A stretch of 64,000 nucleotides of DNA from Callorhinchus milii (Eukaryota), in the NCBI RefSeq assembly GCF_018977255.1, contig NW_024704743.1, forward strand, positions 75,828,001 through 75,892,000. The letters run 5' to 3'. The translations under genes were made by a program, and so were the position numbers. This document shows, one piece after another, positions 12,501 to 24,633 of this stretch. Numbering within the stretch: the first letter of the stretch is position 1; each line of letters opens with the position of its first letter. The notes under the pieces are model-generated. The model was given only the letters and a program-made list of their open reading frames with translations. It was not told the DNA's origin and did no database searches.

Positions 12501-12601
12501 AATCCTCTGAGTCGTAACCATATTTTCTCAATTTGTTCAGGTTGTAAGTACTTGAGAGAGTTGCTCTCAAACTCTTCAATCTCCTTAGTGGGCGATTCCA
12601 T
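12501..12601 (-). CDS. PDE1C: PDE1C first coding exon (PDE1C1-type N-terminus), 101 nt
   Basis: Minus strand reads gccATGG (strong Kozak) then MESPTKEIEEFESNSLKYLQPEQIEKIWLRLRG + TT, followed by donor GTAAGTAT (GT = plus 12500-12499). The peptide matches the mammalian PDE1C N-terminus as I recall it. The exon ends in phase 2. Confidence 0.97.
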
Positions 12602-13450
12602 GGCTTAAAACTCCTGGGTCCGGGACGAGACGTATTGAAGCTTCAGCTCTGTGAGGAAGCGGCTATAACATGTTGCGGAGCGGCTGCACGGCAATGCCGA
12701 GGCTCCGGGCGCACTGGGAGGGCAGCTCTCTCTGGCAGCCTGTCATTGCCCGGTGGGGGCTGCAGAGGATTAGCGGCTGATCTGCAGATTGAAAGCCACT
12801 GCAGATATTTGTGATAAGCCAAGCCTGCACTCAGCAAAACCAGCTGAAGGTCTCTTTAACACAAAGCCATCTGACAGTTGAAGCTGCTCTGGTGTCTGAA
12901 TGAGAGGGGAGGGGTGGCACATGCGCCGCTTCATCCCGTTTTCTCTCCTCTCAGATCATTTTGTCCCACACTCACGTCCGTGCCTTTTTGATCATTAACC
13001 CTCCCTCTCGCTGCCCCCCCCCCCCCCCCCCCCGGGACTGCCCTCACAGCCATTCACTCACAGAGCAGAGTCCTGATATCCAGTCAGTCTGGGCGTCTCG
13101 CACAACACTTGCAGGAGGCGGTTGCATTTATTTCAAGGGAAAATATGTCAAAGACAAGTCACTTCTTACAACACAGGCATCTATCTATCTATCTCCACCG
13201 ACCTCGAGTGCGCCTTGAGCACAGAAATGCACAACAAAGTACTAGGAGGTGTTGAGTACTGCAGAGAGATGCTAAAAGGTGTAAATGTCAGCTGGAGGCT
13301 GACATTTCTTTCAACAAGGACAAGGCAAGCAAGTCCACGATGGAAAGGAAACTGTCTGCGCTGGGGAAACATTTCCAAGCAAAGCTAAATATCTGATCGA
13401 GAACCGCAGCTGTCGTGAAGTCGTGCACTGCACACCGCAATATGATAGAT
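12602..13450 (-). promoter_or_regulatory. PDE1C 5'UTR / proximal promoter region
   Basis: Repeat-free block with higher GC and CpG content directly upstream of the ATG; includes a C20 run at 13014-13033. The TSS cannot be placed from sequence alone. Confidence 0.6.
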
Positions 13451-16400
13451 TTGGAAAGTGGTTTGAATGCAGTGAATTCTAGTAGGATCGCATCTGCAAA
13501 AATAAACTTGCATTAAAACTCAGATTTAATCAAGTGACCGATGGCAGTTGAATTGCAGACTCAAGACACTTCAGATTCAGCTTCATTGTCTGTGTACAGA
13601 GCTGAAGTTATTCCTGAAGTCTATCGACACTGAGGCTTATAATATATAATATAATAATAATCCTTATAATAAATGACCCTTATCGTGTCATTGAGACCAT
13701 TCAAAGTGTTTCACAGAATATACTGTAAAGTGAATTGACTGTGTATTTTGTGGGTGAAATGCAACTTCCTAACTTTATTCTTGCAAATCACCATGAGATT
13801 GGTGTTTGAGTATCTTTTGCCACGTTCCTGCTTCAATAAGTCTCCGGTATTCGCACTTCTTTGAAGTCATTACACAGCATATTGTAAAATCCCATTTTAG
13901 TACAGAACCTATTTCCAGTTTGTTTTGTTGATTCTGGGATTAGTTTCACACTGGCTTAAAGTAATTGTCCATGATGTGTTATGTTTTTCAGCAAATGAAC
14001 AAATGCAAATAAAAATGAATGAATATTTGCTTCTAAATTACCATGCATTTACAAATACAATTGAAAAGCAAGTTGATGTATTTTGGAAGTATTGCAATTA
14101 GATCATTTTCCATTTCAGAGGATACTGTACGATGATTTTATGATCCTCCTCACACAAAAAATATTTACTTACATGAATCTTTTAACAGCTTCAGTTAAAA
14201 TATCTCAAGAATGCAAACCTTGAGAAGCTGCCAATGCATTTTAAATCAGTTATCACCATTCCTGCGTGGGCATATGGGTCAGGTGGGGAAACTGTGCTGT
14301 TATTTCTGGGTTCAGGGAACACATCTGTTCAGCACCACCAACTGCAATGTGGCAGCTTCGTGATTTGTCAGAATGTATCGTGAATGATGTGCCTGAAAGA
14401 GAGTGTGATAAGATATTGGGAAATGAATATTCTACCTCGAATACCCTGTCAATCAATGTTGTCAGCATTTCAAACATCATATCTTGTCGGGATATTCTGG
14501 CTTTAATGTTCCAGAACAAAGGAAAACTTAGATACTGTGCGTAAATTGGCTGCTGCATTCGCCTACAAAATACATAGTCACAATACAAAATATATCGTAC
14601 TGTGTATCAAAAGCATATCACATCATTTTGCAACTGCTTACTGTAGGCAAAGTCTGTAGGCAAATGCAGCACCCAATTGTGTCAATGAGATCCCATGAGA
14701 TGATGACCAATTAACCTGGCCAGGCAGTGCTAGAAATGTATCCCCCTTTTTCAAATAGCTCATATGATTTTTAATGGCTGCATGAACAGAGAGACAACCC
14801 AGCACTTCCCCACTGGAGTGTCACCCTAATCATGTGAACCTTCTGACCCAAAGGCAAGCTTGCTACAGACTGAGCCATACCAAAGTATTTACATCATGGA
14901 GGAGTCACCACAATGCATTACATTTTTGCCTTATCACAACCTTCAGTGCATTATGATTTTTTTTCATACAGCAGCAACAAAGGCAGGAAAATATGGGACT
15001 TCTTTCACAATATGATAAAATAAGGTATTCTACTTTGTTTCCTCCCATTGATATATGACACTTGAGAACAGACAGCATAATATTTCTTACTATAGTGGCA
15101 ATATGAGAATAAATGATGTGTAGTTGAAGAACAGCCCTTATTCAAGTCATAATACAGATCCTGTCTTCAGCTTCAAGTTACCGTGCGTAATGAGTCAGTC
15201 AATTTCTTGAGAAAGCATGAAGGTCTAATTTAATATTGTCCCATAGGGAAGATCCAGCATCTGTATAGCTTGTTGTAGTCACAGAAAGCATTTCTATGCA
15301 CATGACATGCTTTCAGACAAATACGAAAGCAGTCAACATGTGGGAAAACATTCAGAGGGAAAAATTATGGTATTTGTGAACACATTCTGTTCCTGAATTA
15401 AACCTGGAGATAACTAAGGGGTGGAAAATGCTATTAAAATTTATCCCTCTTGACATCTTCGGAGTCTGAACCCCACTTTTAGATAATGATTTCTCCTCCA
15501 GTCTTTTCCACATTTCAGGAGTGTAGGAATTTGATCAAGTGAGGGGCCCTTGACTTTCATTCCCAGCAACTGGAGTAATGATTTAACTTTTAATTTTTAA
15601 AACAAATTTCTAAATTAACTTCTAGCAATCAAGATACAATTCTTCCAGCTAGATTTAAATAATAACAATAATAATAATAATCCTTGCATTTGATTCACGG
15701 ATCTTGAATCCTTGACAAATTCAAGGTCCATCTCAAGACCTTTCTTTTTGACCATGCCTTTGGTGGTCATCCCCTGGAAATACAGATGCCATTACCATTA
15801 AGGAGGCATCAGATGGTCATCGAAGAAATTACTTTAACCTAACAAATATTTGGTGAAAACTTCAGATTCCATGGCAAGGAATTAATACTGGCAATTGACA
15901 TCGGAAAAAGATTAAATGAGTTTAGTCAAATAATTGAGAAGCTCCGCAGGGAATGGGATTCACAAGATATCAGTTGAAATTAATGTTAAATTGATGCAGA
16001 AAATAATTCCAAAATGATTTGGTGCAAGATTGCCTCTTCAAGTGTCAAAGAAACAAGGGAAGAGCAGAAACAAGAGATGTGTTTGTCTGCATTGAGTAGT
16101 GGGCACACAATGATGGAGAATTGGGAGCTAGAGAACACTTGAATGGTGGTGGCCCAAATTTTCTTCTGCATTCCTTTTTCTCATGCATTGTTTTTCCTTT
16201 CTTGCATGCCACACTTTACCAAGAGAGGATAGAGACTGATTGACAGGTTGTCAATGAAGTTCCTTATCTGCTTGTTTTGGTGCCCAGTCAAGGATTACTG
16301 AGGCTCTGCTTGGGGACTTACCCCTCCCTTAATCCAATACTCAAAACTAAGGGAATCTGGGTGTGAATCCTGATGCTATCACACCATACACATTGATTCT

Positions 16401-18614
16401 TTGGCAGTAATCATGCCTTCTAAGTCAGTTGACTTGACGGCTGTCAATCAAGTTGTGTTGATTGCCTGATGATGAGCAAATCAATCTGTGAATCAATCAT
16501 AAGCCCATCTCTTCAGAAAAAAAATTGGTGTGAACGATGATTACTTATTTTCCACACAAAACCACAATTTGTGAAATCACTCTTCGGAAGATTAATAGGG
16601 AGTGGTTTGATTGTGCCTTCTGAAACCAACCGAAAGTGTCATGCATGAATGCAAGATCTGAGAGGCAGTTATTTGAGATAAGGCATCACAGATAAATGTG
16701 ACTGTACCACACAATAAAACCAAAAGTAGCAATAATACCAGCTCCTCCAGAGTATTCTCAGCACAAAAAAAATTCTTGCGTTTTGATTAAACCACAGCCC
16801 TTGGCAAACACATTTAATCAACACAGGAACCATTTATTGTCTCATGCATTATTGAGGAATCAAACTCATTGCTCAGAACCTGAGTTAGCAAACTTAACTT
16901 GACATTCCTCACCTGCTCCTCAATGCACTGAGTGTCCACTTCTCTCATCCAATGTTGTATAAATCAGCTGCAAGATACTTTCAGTCAAGATAAGTTCTGA
17001 ATTAATGCCAGCATACTAAATAGTAGTAGAAATAAATCAAGTATGCAGCATGGATTTTGTCTTAAAATAGCTAGTTTGGAGGGAGCAGGTTCCTGGTTAT
17101 AAAGGGCAATTTTAAGACCAACACTGGGAAATATTTATTTACACAAAGGATCATCAATAGCTGAGACATCTCACCAAGAATGGTGGTTATGGCCAGGATC
17201 CTGTACTCATTTATAAAACAGCTTGATGCTGTATTGACGGATATTTTGGAAATATATCAAAGGGCCTTCTTCTGAAACAGCCCTGTGTCCGACATCAGTC
17301 TTCTACAATTTCATAGTCCTGCACTAGGAGCTGAATGTGACAATTACAATAACATTATTTGAATACTTGGTGTGCGTGAGTGCATTAGCATAAAGGAAAT
17401 TTTAAAAATCTTACCATTTGATAAAGGTGCTTTTCAAATCAGAAGGCCATCTCAAAAGGCTTCACAGAATTTCCGGTAAAGCGTAGTGACTGTGCCTGTT
17501 GTAGGTCAATGGAGATGGTTCCAGAACAAGATATTTTAAGAACCAGAAATATCCCATTAAGCCTAACAAGTCTATCCCTTTTCAATTCTCAACCCTTGCT
17601 ATTTTAGTATATCTCTCAATCGCTTCTCTTTCCAGAAACACATAGAGTTGTATCTGATATTTCAACCCATCAGGCACTGTGAGCATTATCGGGATCAATT
17701 TATATAAGATTCTTTACATTTGGCATAGCTTCTTATCACGTTGTTGAAATGTGTCTAAGCACTTTACAGGATTTACTATAAAGTGTAGTGAGTGTGTATT
17801 TTGGAAGCAAAACTTTTGACAATTCTTTTTGTAATCCATCAAAATTCAACTAGGTCAACTTGATGATTCCTGTTTCTTCATTGAAAATACAGTTAAGAAC
17901 AATTTTCATAAACATTTCTCATAGATGAATTTCTAATACCCAATACCAAAGAATTATTATTGTTGCTCACCTCTGCCCCTTCTCAAGAGTAACAGATTTA
18001 TTTTCCTACAATAATTGTCCAGGTCTCCTTACTGTATCCCAGACGTGTCAATTTATTTCTGTATGTTATTGAAATCACATTTTTCCTTTTCCCAGACAAA
18101 CGTTGATAGATTTTGGTAATAAGTGAAATCATCTGATCAAAATTGACACTTTGCCAATATCGTTGACAAGTGAGTCCATTAATTATTTTGAAAGAGAATA
18201 ATAATTAGAGAATTAGCTTGTAAAAGAATATAATAGTTACGGGACAAAGTTGGTCACTAGGAAAAAAACTAAGTCAGGAAGTGTCAGTTGGTGACATCAG
18301 TGCAGATTCCATTCTTGTCCTCACATGATATCCACGTGTATACTTTTCCCAATAGGAATCATCACTATTCAGTAGGGAGAAATTCCACTTGGGTCAAAGA
18401 TACTTTTTTTTAGCTTTTCTGAGCATGCCAATATTGGACAATTCTCATGCGCAGTAATTGACTGGGTTTAAAAATGATCTGCATTTTGCACAGTCTAAAT
18501 ACAGTAGAACCTCACTAATCCGGTCACTCAAGTGACTGGGCAAAAGTGACCTACATAGTGAGGTGACCAGATTACTGAAATGTAATAGGACATATGGATA
18601 ATCTATACTAATAG

Positions 18615-19420
18615 AGATAAGTGTGAGGTGGTACATTTTGGTAGGAGGAATAAGGAGGTCACATACTGCCTGGAAAATAAAAATCTAAATTGGGTAGAGG
18701 AGCAAAGGGATCTAGGGGTACAGATACACAAATCGCTAAAAGTAGCAACGCAGGTTAATAAGGCCATAAAAAAAAGCAAACCAAGAGTTGGGATTAATTT
18801 CTAGAGGGATAGAAATGAAAAGCAGGGAAGTTATTCTAAACTTATATCGAACCTTGGTTAGACCACATTTGGAGTATTGTGTACAGGTCCAGTCCCTATA
18901 TTATAGAAAGGCTATAGAGGCACTGGAGAAGGTCCAAAGGAGATTTACAAGTTCGATACCAGAACTGCGGGGTTATATCTATCAGGAAAGGCTAAACAAG
19001 CTTGGACTCTTTTCTCTTGAAAAGAGAAGGGTGAGGCGTGCCCTAATAGAGATCTTTATAATTATGAAAGGGTAGACATAGAGAAGATGTTTCCACTTGT
19101 GGGGGAGACCAAAACCAGGGGCCATCAATATAAAATAGTCACCAATAAATCAAGTAGGGAAGTCAGAAGAAACTTCTTTACCCAGAAAGTGCTGGGAATG
19201 TAGAACTTGCTACCACAAGGAGTAGTTGAGACGAATACCATAGATGCATTTAAGGGGAAGCTAGGTAAGTAGATGAGGGAGAAAGGAATAGAAGGTTATG
19301 CTTGAAGGCTTAGTTGAGGAAGGACAGGAGGATGCTCATGTGGAGCTTAAGCACTAGCGTAGACCAGTTGGGCCGAATGGCCTGTTTCTGTACGGTATAT
19401 TCCATGTAATTCTATGTAAA
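18615..19420 (+). mobile_element. CR1 LINE 3' fragment, inserted inside a pogo/Tigger relic
   Basis: ORF with LVRPHLEYCVQ; 3'UTR GGGCCGAATGGCCTGTTTCTGT with ATTCCATGT/ATTCTATGT tail; same subfamily as 27843-28817. Confidence 0.95.
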
Positions 19421-19568
19421 ATAGTGATCTTTAAAATTACATAAGATGAACATTCAACAACCATACTTTGCAATCTCTCTAAAATAAACGCATTGTCACA
19501 TTTAAAACAGATCTTAGATTTCATTATTCAAAGTTCACATGAGAAGTTAAAATAACAGAAAATGTTAA

Positions 19569-19829
19569 TTTCTTGAAGAAAGAGTCCAGTGTTGTGTGTC
19601 TGGCTACTGACTTAACCTGCACTGCCTTGGCCTGCAGCTGATCCTCAGCATCAGCTAACATTTGCCACACACTGAATCCATGATCAGGGCAAAAGTCCTT
19701 CACTTGTCCCTACAAACCCAGTGCATCAGCTTAAGTGAGAGGGGTCTTTGATGTTGTCAGTAGCTCTTCCTGTTCCTTCACCTGTGGGTCCTGTTCCTTA
19801 GTGTCTCTGATCCCTTGTAGAAACTCCTC
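19569..19829 (-). pseudogene. pogo/Tigger transposase C-terminal remnant
   Basis: One frame, 87 codons: EEFLQGIRDTKEQDPQVKEQEELLTTSKTPLT*ADALGL*GQVKDFCPDHGFSVWQMLADAEDQLQAKAVQVKSVARHTTLDSFFKK. Acidic stretch plus terminal (Q)TTLDSFF PIP-box-like motif typical of pogo transposases; two in-frame stops. Confidence 0.7.
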
Positions 19830-22449
19830 CGCAGGAGCTCAGGTTAGGCTGCGGGCGCCAGGCAAAGTTGATTTTCTACTTTCACTGCTTCCGCGATCCC
19901 AACATTCCCCGTGCCACGCATCCATGATCAGAGCCCACTCCACCCACAGTATCAGCATCAAGCAAACAGCGCGAGTGGCCCGAGGCCTAGTGCACTGCGC
20001 AGAGGTTAGTAGCAGAGTGGAGTATTGTACCGTGTTTGTACCGGAAGAGGGCACTTGTAGCAGCTGCAATCAATGGTTGTTGTCCTGAATAGTGAGCTGC
20101 TTGGTTTACTGAAGCGACAGCCTATCTTTTAACACAGACAATGAAAGAGACTGAAAATGTTCCCGCAATTTTGAGATGGCTGGATTACCAAGGTGCCTGC
20201 AAACTGGGTTTCTACTGTACTAAGCTGTCCTGTATTCATCCCAGGACACTGATTTTTTTCCCTTCCCTATCCTCAGGAACACAGACCAATCACAGTATCC
20301 ACACAGAGAACATGGCAGAGGTTAACTAAGTCCATGTATAACAATAATAATACTTACAGTTTCTATAGCACCTTTCAAGTCAGGAGTATATCACTAAGCA
20401 CTTCACAGGATTTACTATAAAGTGTAGTGACTGTCTATTTTTTGTAGGTGAAATGAGGCAGCAAATCTGCACAGAGTAATGTCCATAACAGCCATGAAAT
20501 GAATGATCAATTTGATTGGGAGGGATTGTTGTCCAGGACACTGGGAGAAACCCCCTTCTCCTTTTGAATAGTGCAAATGTGATTGTCAGTGTCCACTTAA
20601 TCACCGAAGGAAGACAAGCGAAAGAGATGACCGGTTAAAAAAGAAGGTTGAGACAAACCTTGATGGAGACGAGGGAAGGGATGAGTCGAGGGTAATTTTT
20701 AAAAATGACATCAAAAAAGTACTTCTTCTACATGGAAAATGATCAACAGCTGGAGCTAGTTACTGGGAAGGATGGTATAGGCCAAGATGTTGAACTCATA
20801 TAAGAAAAAGATGTGATGGTGTATTAGGTGAACATTCTATAAGGGCCATCATCTGAACCTCTCTTGAGATTTTATGAAATCAGTGCAGAAGATTTTTATC
20901 ATCCAATCTGTTAAAATTAAAATTAGAAATGATGGACAAGTACAGTTCCCACTGTATTTTTAATAAAGCACCAATGACATTATGTAATTTATGTAGCAAT
21001 TATCCAGTTTAAATGCTTTCTTCTCTAGAAATTTATATAATAGAAGATACTAATACACATCGTCATTACTCGCAATTGGTTTCACTGAAGCACTATTATT
21101 GATGTCACCATTTTATATATTTATCTGGTTTCAACTTATCGAACACCCTCTGTAGCCTGTTTCCAAAGTTTCTTCCACAAAATACACAATTAATCCACTT
21201 TACAGTGTATCTGTGAAGTGCTTTGAGATGTCTCAAATGACAAGATAAAGTGCTGTATCAAATGCAAGGATTATTATTATTAAAAGGGGGCGACCACTTT
21301 CAGCTGTTGTCACATCACAAGATCACTTCTCTAGAGTTTCTGTGATGCACAGGTACAAGCAGCTCAGACCGTCTGAGGACAGAAATAACAAACAGGGTTT
21401 TGTTTAACAGTCTCAACCTTAAGAGGCAAAACAATACAACAATGAATTCATGTTCATCAAATAATAACACAGCTGATTATAGGAGAAGTCATTTTCAGCA
21501 TAGAAAGAGGACAATGGGGCCATGCAATCAACACCAATGCTGCCTGTACTAAATCAACCACTTATTTTTATTAATCCCATATTCAAGCTCATTCCCCATA
21601 TCGCCTAATTTCTTAAATCACCAGGAAGTTATATGAATTAGAAAGTAATTAATACTTTAAATATGCAAATTATTCATTACTTTCTAATTCATACCATTTA
21701 TGTGTAGGGTGGTTTCAGCAGGACGACAACAAATTTTATATAGTGCCCTTCACGCAAGGTAATGGAGCGCTTAACATTGGCGGAGCGTGAAGCCAAGTCG
21801 GGGGGAAGGGGGAGATGACAGTAGGCACAGTCGAAGAGGAAAGTCTTCAGGTGTGATCTGAAGATGGATAAGGAGGAGGCAAGGCAAAGAAATTGAGAAA
21901 GAGAGTGCCATAGTTTCGGGTTGTAGTGGCTAAAAGCAGCAGGAAGTGCTTTCAAAGGCAAGCTATGTGTTTTTAGCTGATTAAACTCCAGCAGTACCCC
22001 AACGCCCACTCTGGGGTCCCCAAGCCTTGACTCTTGCCAACCTGTGCTGAATACCCTCTGAATTTAGGGAAGCAGAAAATGTCCATCTGGGGAAAGCATT
22101 CTAATTCCAGTCACGTGTATTTCCAAATGTCTGATTTGTATACTTAAGCATGGCACTGTAATGGATTTTCGCATGTGTCAGTCACCCAACTATCCAAAAA
22201 NGACCCATAAGATATACTCAGAGTAAAATGGCCAATGGTCAATGGTATACTCTCTTAACAAACCTGTAGCAATTACCTGGTGACTCTCAATCTTGAGTTT
22301 CACTCTACATCACAGACGTGGTACTAAAATGCCAGGGGCACCCATAAAGACAATGAGGTTTAGCACTAAAGAAACTGAGAGCATATTCATTACAAATAAC
22401 ATGGAATATGTTCAAGGTTTCAAGTCTCATCTCAGGGTTTCAATGATTT

Positions 22450-22805
22450 AATAATAATAATAATCCTTGCATTTGATATAGCGCCTTGTCACATCACTGA
22501 GATTTCTCAAAGCGCTTCACGGAATATACTGTAAAGTGAATTGACTGTATATTTTGTGGGTGAAACACAGCAGCTAATTGACACAGCAGTGTCCTCCCAA
22601 ACTGTCGTGGATTGAGTGACCCAATTGTTATTATTTTGCAGGGAATATTATCCCCCAGAAAGTGATGTGCCAATCGACTAAAAAACAGGTTCCTACTTAC
22701 GGCGAGGTAAACAGGCATGTGGAGTAAGGAAATTTGCCTAACATTTTGTCCTGCCCAGGAATCAAACCCAGGTCCTCTCGCTTATGAGGCGAGTGCTCCA
22801 ACCAA
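22450..22805 (-). mobile_element. tRNA-headed SINE, long subfamily
   Basis: Same head, core and tail as the other copies. Confidence 0.88.
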
Positions 22806-23446
22806 TTCACTAATGGTCACCAGACCATTCCGTTTTTCCTCTCACAGCCTTTGATACCATCTGATCTCCTTATTAGATTCCAGCTTTAATCACTGCCACG
22901 ATCCATTGGAGTTTATAGAATGGATGGAGAGACAAACAGTGACTGTTGCTTGAATTCACAATAATTCTGATATTATTAACTCAGAATGATGTCCCTTTTC
23001 TTAGGCATCCTTCCCAAGTTTTCTCTGGAAAATAATTTTATTATATTTAACTACATTCTTCCTGTTCCACATTAGGTTTCTTTCATAACTGGAAGTAATC
23101 ATTACCCCTTGCACTCATCGCCACCAAAACATCAGGCTGACTGCAAATTGATTTAAACAAATACAGAGTCTCTTTCACGAAAGCCAGACATCAATCCACT
23201 TGCCTAAACAATTCATTTACCTACAATGAGAGAGAATACATTGATATTTTAAAGTTGAAGCAATGTTTTTAAATGTTAGATTGTTTGTTTTTCATTTATT
23301 TCTCCAATTGTTGTTGTGCATTTCCCTGCAATACTTTTGTAGCTTTTGATTTGGTTCCAACAGTGAAATTTCCTGTTTATCAGGAGCAACTTTCTGACTT
23401 GGCATGTAGAAACGCATTGTTTATTTAAAGCATACACAGTCACAAC

Positions 23447-23772
23447 CACAATAACTTGCATTTATATGGAGTCTGACCCCGAGCCAGGGGCAGAGGGAAG
23501 TGGGAGGTGACTGTAAGCACGATCAAAAAGGAAGGTCTTTAGGTGGGATTTGAAACTGGGGAGGGTGGGGGCTAGGTGGAGGGATTGAAGGATGGAATTC
23601 CAGAGCTTCGGGGCATAGAGGCTGAAAGCACATCCACCGATGGTGGAGCGGAGGGGACGAGGGGCGAACAGGAGGCTGGAGCCTGCCGAGCGGAGGCAAC
23701 CGGTGGTGCAGTGGGGGCTAAGCAGATTGGATAAGTAGGGAGTTGCGAGGGCATGAAGAGATTTGAAAAGAT
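23447..23772 (-). mobile_element. L2 3' fragment
   Basis: Similar to other L2 3' ends in the window (plus strand GGAATTCCAGAG...GAAAGC, AAAAAGGAAGGTCTT). Confidence 0.8.
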
Positions 23773-24244
23773 ATCACTCCACCTTACAGGATTTCCTTTG
23801 AAGTGCTTGAGACATTCTCCTGATGGGAAAAGCACTATGTAAAATATAAGGATTATTATTGTGCATAAGCAATGTTCTTGTATAATTTGCCTTTGTGCAT
23901 TAATAGTTTATTTAACTAATTACAGACCCAGTCCAACCGCAATATCTAAAGAATTGTTTCAACAAAAACAATCTGCATATAGTTTGTACCCTTCACATAG
24001 GATAGTCTCACAATGACAGGATTGAGTACCAAATCAGAGAGAGGGAGAGGGGGAAAAGGGAAGGTGAGAGGCAGAGGGGGGGAAAGAGGAGGTGACAATA
24101 GACGTCGCTGAAGAGGTAGGTTTAGCCGGTTTCACCCCCATCTTCTGCAGCTTCAGTTTTGGTGCAATGTTATACTTAAACAAACAAAGGCTTTTATTCT
24201 GGCTGTGGGGGCATCAATTTACTATCACTCTTTAAGTGATACTC

Positions 24245-24633
24245 CTATCTCTCTGACCTGCTGACTCCCTAACAACCTGCCCACTCCCTCCGCTCATCAG
24301 GCTCTGGCCTGCTCCATGTCTCCTGCCCGACCCGCCCTACCATCCGAGGCCGGGCTTTCAGCCTCTCTGCCCCCACACTCTGGAACTCCATCCCACGGTC
24401 CCTTCACCTCGCTTCCTCCCTTGCATCCTTCAAGACCGGTCTCAAGATCCTTCTCTTCGACCGTGCCTTTGGTCTTCCTCCCACCTCTCTGCCTTCCCTC
24501 ACCCCTACAGCACCCCTCCCCCGTGCTCGGGCCCCAAATGTTCTGACTGTTCAGCGCTTTGGGACATCCTCCCAATGTGAAAGGCACTCTATAAATGTAA
24601 TGTTGTTGTTTGTTGTTGTTGTTGTTGTTGTTG
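24245..24633 (+). mobile_element. L2 3' end
   Basis: RAFS/LWNS/FKT.LK-type DNA and tail AAAGGCACTCTATAAATG(TTG)n. Confidence 0.9.

Larger units (their letters stand above)
18502..20217 (-). mobile_element. Degenerate pogo/Tigger-type DNA transposon (deletion derivative)
   Basis: Ends TA|CAGTAGAACCTC (18500-) and GGGTTTCTACTG|TA (-20219) form imperfect TIRs with TA target duplication. Carries a transposase C-terminal remnant. CR1 is inserted at 18615-19420. Confidence 0.7.

Noticed and set aside
14253..14588. ORFs open on both strands (111 aa and 92 aa)
   Set aside because: No recognisable homology, one end lies in a SINE fragment, and there are no convincing splice sites.
19735..20088. 117-aa plus-strand ORF
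   Set aside because: Overlaps the antisense of the transposase remnant; no recognisable domain or splice signals.
22201..22201. Single N base
   Set aside because: Assembly ambiguity, not a biological feature.
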